A stretch of 59,912 nucleotides of DNA, from NCBI GenBank assembly GCA_964585665.1, contig CAZPEY010000002.1:1-59912 (forward strand), given 5' to 3'. The translations under genes were made by a program, and so were the position numbers. Below, in pieces: positions 53,358-59,912 of the stretch. The DNA is from an uncultured Polyangiaceae bacterium. GTDB taxonomy: Bacteria; Myxococcota_A; Polyangia; Palsa-1104. Every line of letters begins with the position of its first letter. The first letter of the stretch is position 1. Below the pieces are notes generated by a model, which searched no databases, was not told the origin of the DNA, and saw only the letters and a list, made by a program, of their open reading frames with translations.

Positions 53358-54454
53358 TCGACTGGCTGCGCCGCCTCGGTTCTGCGCTCGTCGCGCCGCG
53401 CTGGCTTGCAGTCAAGCTGCTTGACCAAAAGCCCGGGCGCGCGACCGCGGATGTGCTGGCGCTGCTGCTGCTGATCGTCGTCCTCGCCGAGCCGCCACGC
53501 CTGGTCCGCGCCTATTACGCCGGTCGCGCGCTCGGCTGGGAGATCGGGGCGCAGTCGGCGCTGCAGGCGCTCAACGCGGTGGTGTTCATCCTGCTGGCGA
53601 TGATGGCGGCTGGGATCGTGCTGTCGTTTCTTCTCGGACGGGGCGAAGATCCCAAGCTGCGGCCCCGGATGTCCGATCGGGGGCTCGATCTGGCGGCCTA
53701 CGCGACGGTGCCATACCTCCTCGTCAAGGTCTGCAAGTCGCTCCTGGGAGCGTTCCTCGAGGCCGAGCTGGACGGCTGGAAGATGCGCGTCGCTTGGCTC
53801 TCCATCGGGGTCGGCTGGACCGTGCTCGCCGCTGGTCTCGGCTATCGCGCCTTGCGCGCGGCCCAGCGGACCAACCAAGACCAAGCTGTGCCGCCGCCGC
53901 CAGCGCCTCGGCCCCGCACGACGCTGGTGCTTGGCGCTGCGCTCGTCTGGACGGTCCTGCTCTCCGGCGCGCGCCCACTCACGTACACGCTCAACAACCT
54001 CGAGACCCTGAGCCGGGTCGCCATCGAGCGCGGCAAGCCGGCACCTGGGTGGACGCTGCCAGCGTCCGACGGCAGGGACGTCTCCCTGGATGGACAGCGC
54101 GGCCGAACCGTGGTGCTCGCGTTCTGGGCGATGTGGTGCGGCGTGTGCAAGCAGGAGCTGCCACTGCTCGACAAGCTGGCGCGCTCGCTCGACGGCAAGC
54201 AGGCGGCGCTCTACACCGTCAACACCGATGGACAGGACGCCGACACACGCGCCGCGGTGCGGGCCTACTTCGCCGAGCGCGGCCTCTCGCTACCGGTGCT
54301 CTTCGACAACGGCAGCGTCGCCGGTCTCTACAACGTGACGGCGATCCCGAACCTCGTCGTGATCTCGCCCACCGGCAACGTCACCAAGACCTTCCTCGGC
54401 ATCACCACGCCGGCGACGATCGAGGCGGCGATCCGCGACGCGGCGTCCCGCTGA
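53354..54454 (+). CDS. Membrane protein with Yip1-like N-terminal multi-TM region and C-terminal TlpA/ResA-like thioredoxin domain
   Basis: The ATG at 53354 overlaps the upstream stop as ATGA. TM helices are present in the first ~230 aa. Redoxin motif VVLAFWAMWCGVCKQELPLL. Confidence 0.7.
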   Translation: MIDWLRRLGSALVAPRWLAVKLLDQKPGRATADVLALLLLIVVLAEPPRLVRAYYAGRALGWEIGAQSALQALNAVVFILLAMMAAGIVLSFLLGRGEDPKLRPRMSDRGLDLAAYATVPYLLVKVCKSLLGAFLEAELDGWKMRVAWLSIGVGWTVLAAGLGYRALRAAQRTNQDQAVPPPPAPRPRTTLVLGAALVWTVLLSGARPLTYTLNNLETLSRVAIERGKPAPGWTLPASDGRDVSLDGQRGRTVVLAFWAMWCGVCKQELPLLDKLARSLDGKQAALYTVNTDGQDADTRAAVRAYFAERGLSLPVLFDNGSVAGLYNVTAIPNLVVISPTGNVTKTFLGITTPATIEAAIRDAASR

Positions 54455-54459
54455 CCGAG

Positions 54460-54487
54460 CCCTAGTGGAACTAGGGACAGCCCCTAG
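54460..54487. terminator. Possible bidirectional terminator: three alternating CCCTAG/CTAGGG copies able to form two alternative hairpins
   Basis: CCCTAG-tggaa-CTAGGG-acagc-CCCTAG lies between convergent stops at 54454 and 54484. The last copy overlaps the HlyD-family gene stop. Confidence 0.35.
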
Positions 54488-55737
54488 AGGCCGCGGCGCT
54501 CGACGGCGACGCCCGGCTTGACCTGATCGCTCGGGTGGATGATGACCTGCTCGCCTGGCTGCAGGCCCTTTCTGACCTCGAGCTCGAGGTCGCCGCGCCG
54601 GCCGATCTCGACGGGGCGCAGCTCGACCTTGCCGCCCTTGACGACGTAGGACGCGTAGCCGCCGCCGCTGCGAAAGACCGCGCTCGACTTGGTGAGCACC
54701 AGATCGTTGCCCTCCCACAGCACGATGCGGCTCTCGATGCGGTAGCCATCCCCGAGCGCGCTCCACTTCTCGCGCCGCTCGTCGAGATCCAGCACGACAT
54801 TGACCCGCTGCTCCTCGACGCCGAGCGCCGAGAGCCGGGTGAACGCCGAGGGCTCGACCAGCCGAACGTGCGCTGCCAGCGCCTCCGGGCCACCCCAGCG
54901 CTCGATGAAGGCCTTCTGCCCGGCGCGGATGTGCACTGCGTCGGTGGTCAGCACGTCGACCACGAGCTCGAGCGCGGCGGGATCGCCGACCTCGATGATC
55001 GGCGCGCCCGGCTGCACGACGCCCTCGTTGGCTTGCAGAATGCGCAGCACCCGACCCCCGATCGGCGACTTGACCTCGAGCTGCTCGCCGATGGTGCGCT
55101 TGCCCCCGAGTCGGAGCAGCGCTGCCTTGGCCATCTCGGCCTGATGGTCGGCGACCTTGGCGGCGAACTCGGCTGAGGCGAGCTCCTCCTTGCGGCTGCG
55201 CTCCTCGAGGATGGTTCGGTCGATCTGCTGCTGCGTCGTCGCGCCCTTGCTGCCGAGGGTGCGCTGCTCGGCCGAGGCGCGCTCGGCCAGCTCGAGCGCC
55301 ACCTTGGCGCGCGCCGTGGCGCTCTTGGCCTGGAGCTGCGCTGCCGCCGCTGCGGCGGCGCGCGCTTCGGACTCGCTGCGGGTGCGCGCGTCGAGCAGTG
55401 GCGGATCGAGCGGCACGAGTCGAAACAGCACCTGGCCCTTTTCGATCGTGTCGCCGGGGCGGAGCTCGACGCGGGCCAGGTTGCCGAGCAGGGGGCTGCC
55501 GACGACGTAGCGATCCTTGACGCGCGTGCGCCCGTCCTCGCTCACCGTCACCTCGAGCTTGCCGCGGTGAACCTCGTCGAGGTCGACGGGCACCGGGCGG
55601 GGAAGGGATGAGATCACCAGGACGGCGAGCACGGCGACGAGCACCACCGCGGGCACGATGCGACCGAGCCAGCGACGGAACAGGGCACCACGCTTGCGCT
55701 TTGGCTTGGGCGGAGATTCGGTCGACGACATGGTCAC
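54484..55737 (-). CDS. HlyD/MacA-family periplasmic efflux adaptor
   Basis: N-terminal anchor, lipoyl-like and long coiled-coil hairpin segments (AAAAAAQLQAKSATARAKVALELAERA...) and a C-terminal beta-barrel. ATGA overlap with the permease gene. Confidence 0.8.
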   Translation of the reverse strand: MTMSSTESPPKPKRKRGALFRRWLGRIVPAVVLVAVLAVLVISSLPRPVPVDLDEVHRGKLEVTVSEDGRTRVKDRYVVGSPLLGNLARVELRPGDTIEKGQVLFRLVPLDPPLLDARTRSESEARAAAAAAAQLQAKSATARAKVALELAERASAEQRTLGSKGATTQQQIDRTILEERSRKEELASAEFAAKVADHQAEMAKAALLRLGGKRTIGEQLEVKSPIGGRVLRILQANEGVVQPGAPIIEVGDPAALELVVDVLTTDAVHIRAGQKAFIERWGGPEALAAHVRLVEPSAFTRLSALGVEEQRVNVVLDLDERREKWSALGDGYRIESRIVLWEGNDLVLTKSSAVFRSGGGYASYVVKGGKVELRPVEIGRRGDLELEVRKGLQPGEQVIIHPSDQVKPGVAVERRGL

Positions 55738-58103
55738 TCCCGCGTCTTCAAGACGCCGATGAGGTCGAGCTTGCGAAGCTGTCGACGGACGAGCAGCGCG
55801 CTGCCGAGCGCGATGACCAGCGTCATCGAGGTGGCGAACACGTAGGCGCGCGCGCTGACGAACAGCGGCATGCGAAAGGTTTCCGCATCGATGGTACTCA
55901 TCATGCCCAGCACCATCGTGCGGCCGATGTAGAGCCCGAGCGGTAGCGCGACGAGCACCTGCACGGCGAGCTCACCGAGGAGGATCGCTTCGATCTCGCG
56001 CTGAAAGAAGCCGAGCACGCGCAGGCTCGCCAGGTCGCGGTTCTTGATCTCGAGCGTGATGCGCGCGTTGTTGTATACGATGCCCACCGCGATCGCGGCG
56101 GCGAACAGCGTCAGCAACAGCGTGGTGGTCAGCATCGTCCGGCCAGATTGCTCGCGGAACTGCTCGATCAACGCTTCGCGCCGCAGGATCGCCTGCACCA
56201 CGGGGTAGTCGCGGAGTCGCTCGGTCAGCGTGTAGAGCTGATCCCGCTCGACGGCGATGAGCACGCCGGACACCAGCGGCGGCTCCCCGAACAGCTCGGC
56301 GAGCGGCTCGAGCTGCATGTGGGCCTGCAGGCCCATCGATTCGGCGACGACCCCTGCGATCGGGACGAGGTGGGTGCGGTGATCACCGTCGAGCCGCTCG
56401 ACCTCGATGCGATCCCCCGGGCGCACGTCGAGCAGCTCGGCCAGCTTGTCGGTCAGCAGGAGGCCGCGCTCCGGCACGGGCACGGTACGGTAGGGCCACT
56501 CGACGAGGCGACGCAGCTCGCCATCCTTTGGGTGGCCGAGGAGTGCGGTGTCGCGTCGACGAGTCCCATTGCGCAACCGGACCGGTACGGCGCGCTGCGG
56601 CTCGACGGCGGTGACCCCCGGCAGCGTCGCGATCGTCCGCACGACGCGGCTGCTCACGGCGCGATTGAAGACCACCGCGAGCGATTCGCGCTGCGCCATC
56701 TGGAACTGCATGTCGACGAGCGCGCCGATGGCGTCGCCGAAGAAGCGCGACATCACCAGGATGCCAACGGCGAACGCGATGCCCAGAGAGGAGAGCGCCA
56801 AGCGGAGTGGACGACGGGTGATCTCGCGCAGGATCATGCGCCAGCTCGCCGGCAACAAGCGCAACAGGCCCAATCGGTCGAGAGCGCTCTGCCCGAAGGC
56901 TTCGGGGGCTGGCGGTCGCATCGCCTGCGCGGGCGGCATGCGAATCACGGCGCGGACGGCGATCATCGCGCCGATGGCCCCAGCGACGATGCTGAGCAGC
57001 ATGGCCGTCGTGACGACGTCGCCGTCGATCCGATAGTCGAGGAGCGGAAAGTGGAAGTACTCGGCGTACAGCGACGTCATCGCGCCGCCGAGCCAGCCCC
57101 CCAGCGCGACGCCGCCGAGCGCGCCGGTGACCGTGATGATCGAGACGAGCGCGAGATAGTGGAGGGTGATCTGGCGACCCGCGTAGCCAAGCGCCTTGAG
57201 CGACGCGATCTGTGTGCGCTGCACCGCGACGAGGCGCGACAGCACGACGTTGACGAGGAAGATCGCCACGCCGAGGAACATCGCCGGCATGAAGAAGGCG
57301 AAGGAGCGGAGCTGCTGCAGCTCGCTCTGGAGCGCGAGGTGCGAGGCCTGACGACTGCGCGGGACGACGGAGAGGGCGCCGTAGGGGTCGAGCTGTCGTC
57401 GTACCTCGGCGATCACGGCCGGCTCGGAGGCGCCGGGCTGCAACGTCAGGGCGACGTCGTTGAACGCGCCCTCCATCTGCATGAGCGGGGCGAGCGAACG
57501 ACGATGGAGCCAGAGCACGCCGAAGCGCTTCGGATCGTAGTTGATGCTGCTGCCCGACACGGGCATCACGTACTCGGGGCTGAGACCGAGCCCGACGATG
57601 CGGAAGTCGCGGTAGCGTCCATTGACCACTGCGGCGACTCGATCGCCGAGGCCGAGGTTGTTGCCGCGCGCGAACGGTTCGAGCGCGACGACTTCGTCGC
57701 TGTGACCCTCCTCGGGGAGGCGACCGGCGCGCAGGAACAGTCCGTTGAGTCGCGCCTCGCCGACCTCCGGGATCGCGATCAACTTGCCGGTCGCTGGATC
57801 GCTGGCGCGGTCGAGCGGCAGCAGTACATCGGCCACGACTCGACTGGTGATCTGCGCGACACCGGGGATGACGGCGAGATCGGCGAGGACGGTCTCGGGC
57901 GCTCGCTTGCACACGCCGAACACATCGGCGAAGCGATAGCGCGTGTAGTAGCCGTCGCGGCTGCGCTCGAGCGAGCGCCAGGTGGTGCGCATCGACACAT
58001 AGCTGGCGATGCCGCACGCGACGACGAGCGCGATCGTCGCCGCCTGGCCGCCCATCAGCGACAAGTCACGCAGCAACTTGCGGTTGAGAGCCCGCATCAC
58101 CAC
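55734..58103 (-). CDS. ABC transporter permease with two FtsX-type domains (MacB/YbbP-like)
   Basis: 789 aa. Two blocks of four TM helices are each preceded by a large periplasmic loop, with the FtsX-type pattern LKALGY... Confidence 0.8.
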   Translation of the reverse strand: MVMRALNRKLLRDLSLMGGQAATIALVVACGIASYVSMRTTWRSLERSRDGYYTRYRFADVFGVCKRAPETVLADLAVIPGVAQITSRVVADVLLPLDRASDPATGKLIAIPEVGEARLNGLFLRAGRLPEEGHSDEVVALEPFARGNNLGLGDRVAAVVNGRYRDFRIVGLGLSPEYVMPVSGSSINYDPKRFGVLWLHRRSLAPLMQMEGAFNDVALTLQPGASEPAVIAEVRRQLDPYGALSVVPRSRQASHLALQSELQQLRSFAFFMPAMFLGVAIFLVNVVLSRLVAVQRTQIASLKALGYAGRQITLHYLALVSIITVTGALGGVALGGWLGGAMTSLYAEYFHFPLLDYRIDGDVVTTAMLLSIVAGAIGAMIAVRAVIRMPPAQAMRPPAPEAFGQSALDRLGLLRLLPASWRMILREITRRPLRLALSSLGIAFAVGILVMSRFFGDAIGALVDMQFQMAQRESLAVVFNRAVSSRVVRTIATLPGVTAVEPQRAVPVRLRNGTRRRDTALLGHPKDGELRRLVEWPYRTVPVPERGLLLTDKLAELLDVRPGDRIEVERLDGDHRTHLVPIAGVVAESMGLQAHMQLEPLAELFGEPPLVSGVLIAVERDQLYTLTERLRDYPVVQAILRREALIEQFREQSGRTMLTTTLLLTLFAAAIAVGIVYNNARITLEIKNRDLASLRVLGFFQREIEAILLGELAVQVLVALPLGLYIGRTMVLGMMSTIDAETFRMPLFVSARAYVFATSMTLVIALGSALLVRRQLRKLDLIGVLKTRE

Positions 58104-58804
58104 TCGATCTCCGCCGGGCGCGCGCGCGTCGTGTGGACCTCGGTACTGGCGACGAGACCATCGGCCAGCGTGACGACGCGGTTGGCCATCTTCGCGATCG
58201 GCGCGTTGTGCGTGATGATGCAGGTGGTCGTGCCGAGCGACCGGTTGACGTGCTCGAGCACCTCCAGCACGCGCCGGCCGGTGCGGAAGTCGAGCGCGCC
58301 GGTCGGTTCGTCGCAGAGCAGCAGGTCGGGGCGCTTGCAGACGGCGCGCGCGATCGCGACTCGCTGCTGCTCACCGCCCGAGAGTTGCGCTGGGAAGTGA
58401 TCCAGCCGGTCGCCGAGGTCGACCATTCCGAGCGCCTCCTCGGGCGTCATTGGATCGTCGGCCAGATCGGTGACGAGCGCGACGTTCTCCCGCGCCGTCA
58501 GGCTCGGGATGAGGTTGTAGAACTGAAAGACGAAGCCGACGTGCTCGCGCCGAAAGGTGGTCAGCGCCTCGTCCTCCGCCTCCGTCAGATCATGGTCGCG
58601 AAAGACGACGCGCCCGGTCGTCGGCACGTCGAGGCCGCCGAGGATGTTGAGCAGCGTCGACTTGCCGCTGCCCGAGGCGCCGAGGAGCACGAGGAGCTCG
58701 CCTTGCTGCAGCTCGAGCGTCACGCCGCGCAGCGCGTGCACGTCCACCTCGCCCATTCGATACACCTTGGTGAGGTCAATCGCTGACAGGACCGGATCGG
58801 TCAC
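58097..58804 (-). CDS. ABC transporter ATP-binding protein (MacB/LolD-type)
   Basis: The GTG start at 58804 ([18 protein letters not shown]) is chosen to avoid overlap with the Rieske gene. Walker [13 protein letters not shown], signature [14 protein letters not shown], Walker [13 protein letters not shown]. Confidence 0.88.
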   Translation of the reverse strand: MTDPVLSAIDLTKVYRMGEVDVHALRGVTLELQQGELLVLLGASGSGKSTLLNILGGLDVPTTGRVVFRDHDLTEAEDEALTTFRREHVGFVFQFYNLIPSLTARENVALVTDLADDPMTPEEALGMVDLGDRLDHFPAQLSGGEQQRVAIARAVCKRPDLLLCDEPTGALDFRTGRRVLEVLEHVNRSLGTTTCIITHNAPIAKMANRVVTLADGLVASTEVHTTRARPAEIEW

Positions 58805-58833
58805 GGTGGGACGATACCAGAAAACCCGGGCGG

Positions 58834-59736
58834 TCAGCCGACGGTGATCTTGAGGGTCGTGCCGTCGAAGGCCACGGCGTACGGAGCGAGGGGCTTTTCG
58901 GCCGGGCCCTTGACGACCATACCGGAGAGGTCGTAGCGCGAGCCGTGGCATGGGCAGCGGATGAGCATCGCCGTCGCGTCGTAACCGACGGTGCAGCGGC
59001 GGTGCGTGCAGACTGCGGACGTGACGACGAAGTCGCTCGGGCCGGTGCGGATCACGATCAGCGAGTCGGTGAAGCCCTCTGGCCTGCCGGCCAGAAAGCC
59101 GCCGACCTCAGACAGCGCGGGCAGCGTCGCCAGCTCGACGGTGACCACGCCGTCGATTGGCGCGGGCAGCGCGTTGCAGGAGCGCGGTCGCCGCAGATCG
59201 ATGTGCACGGTCTGCGTGAAGGGATCGTAGCTGACGCGGTACAGCTGAAGGTCCGAGCGCGCCGGCAGGTGCATGACCTGGCCCGCGCAGCTCTTGGTGT
59301 CGGCCGGATCGGCGACGGCGCGGAAGCGCGACGAGTGACAGGGGCACTCGATGAGACCGCTTGCCGGGTTGAAGCCGAGCGGGCAGCCGGCGTGCGGGCA
59401 GGCCGAGTCGCACGCGACGAAAGGCGTCTCCTCGCCGCCCTGCTCGACGAGGTGGAGCAGCAAGAGGCCGTCGTCTGGCACGAGGAAGGGGTGCTTGCCT
59501 GGCGGCTGCGGCACGCGCACCGTCGCGGCGCCACCCGGCTGCAGCAGCTCGGGGTAGCGCCCGACGACAACGGTCACCTGCCCGTAGCGCGACGACGTCG
59601 GATCGGCGTCGATCGTGGCGTCGAGGTAGGGCGGGACCTCGACGTCGTTGCCGCAGCCCTGCAAAACCGGCAGGCTGCCCGCGACCGCCACGCCACCCGC
59701 GATCGACCGCAGGAAGGTGCGCCGGTCGCAGCTCAT
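58834..59736 (-). CDS. Tat-exported lipoprotein with two Rieske [2Fe-2S] domains
   Basis: Twin-arginine signal plus lipobox: [11 protein letters not shown]...LPVLQGC. Two complete C-x-H...C-x2-H motifs: [10 protein letters not shown]...CPCHSSRF and [10 protein letters not shown]...CPCHGSRY. Confidence 0.8.
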   Translation of the reverse strand: MSCDRRTFLRSIAGGVAVAGSLPVLQGCGNDVEVPPYLDATIDADPTSSRYGQVTVVVGRYPELLQPGGAATVRVPQPPGKHPFLVPDDGLLLLHLVEQGGEETPFVACDSACPHAGCPLGFNPASGLIECPCHSSRFRAVADPADTKSCAGQVMHLPARSDLQLYRVSYDPFTQTVHIDLRRPRSCNALPAPIDGVVTVELATLPALSEVGGFLAGRPEGFTDSLIVIRTGPSDFVVTSAVCTHRRCTVGYDATAMLIRCPCHGSRYDLSGMVVKGPAEKPLAPYAVAFDGTTLKITVG

Positions 59737-59912
59737 TTGCCGAACACCAGCGCGGCGTCGATCTTCACCTCGTCGTTGACCTTGACGAACATGAGCTGCG
59801 GCCGCTCGACCTTGAACGCCTCGAGGCTGATCGCGAACGAGGCCGTGGCGCGGATCTTGGTCGCCGACTCGACGACGATCTTGACCGGGAGATCGAGCGT
59901 CTTGGTGACGCC
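59733..59912 (-). CDS. C-terminal fragment of a YceI-like (polyisoprenoid-binding) protein. The 5' part lies beyond the right edge
   Basis: Reverse-strand frame reads ...[59 protein letters not shown]. The stop overlaps the Rieske start as ATGA. The family call is tentative, from the C-terminal pattern only. Confidence 0.4.
   Translation of the reverse strand, partial: GVTKTLDLPVKIVVESATKIRATASFAISLEAFKVERPQLMFVKVNDEVKIDAALVFGK

Overview
This is a GC-rich bacterial chromosomal segment. Its gene content looks myxobacterial: many lipoproteins, a Ser/Thr kinase-STAND-TPR protein, TonB/ExbBD, and large secreted Cys-rich proteins. I support about 50 protein-coding genes and found no rRNA, tRNA or CRISPR array.

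Housekeeping anchors are hemL (partial), gyrA, argH, hemF, coaX, aqpZ and bamD. An exbB-exbD-tonB cluster, a TonB-dependent receptor, an MsbA-like ABC exporter and a MacAB-like efflux operon are also present.

Most long ORFs in the six-frame track that run antisense to these genes are Arg/Ala/Gly/Pro-rich artefacts of the high GC content, and I rejected them. Several real genes start well downstream of the first in-frame start listed in the track. I re-set those starts using Shine-Dalgarno sites, signal peptides, or 4-nt start/stop overlaps.

The most interesting observations are:
1. A REP-like tandem repeat array sits in the gyrA upstream region. Together with an inverted repeat pair it flanks an HUH/Y1 (RAYT-type) transposase gene and a small cargo gene, giving a REPtron-like locus at 3457-5384.
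2. Two near-identical FNR-type boxes (TTGATCGnnCTCAA) are each centred about 41 nt upstream of a start codon that lacks an SD. They lie next to a gene for an FNR-class regulator with the E--SR recognition helix and an N-terminal Cys cluster. That regulator is embedded in a module of an LpxL-like acyltransferase, a B12-radical-SAM enzyme, a DAHP synthase and a U32-family protein. I read this as a candidate oxygen-responsive module that has not been characterised.
3. A 678-aa lipoprotein is built from about 13 tandem six-cysteine modules with knottin/ICK-like spacing (C-x6-C-x5-CC-x4-C-x4-C).
4. A roughly 186-bp MITE-like element with 27-30 bp terminal inverted repeats lies directly in front of argH.
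5. Several domain fusions and apparent pseudoenzymes are present. These are a cNMP-binding uridine-kinase fusion, a TonB_C-fused TonB-dependent receptor, an amidohydrolase homologue and an M61-like homologue that both appear to lack metal ligands, a double-Rieske Tat lipoprotein, and a lipoprotein with a prion-like P/Q/Y tail.

All functional calls come from reading the translations against remembered family motifs. No database search was run.
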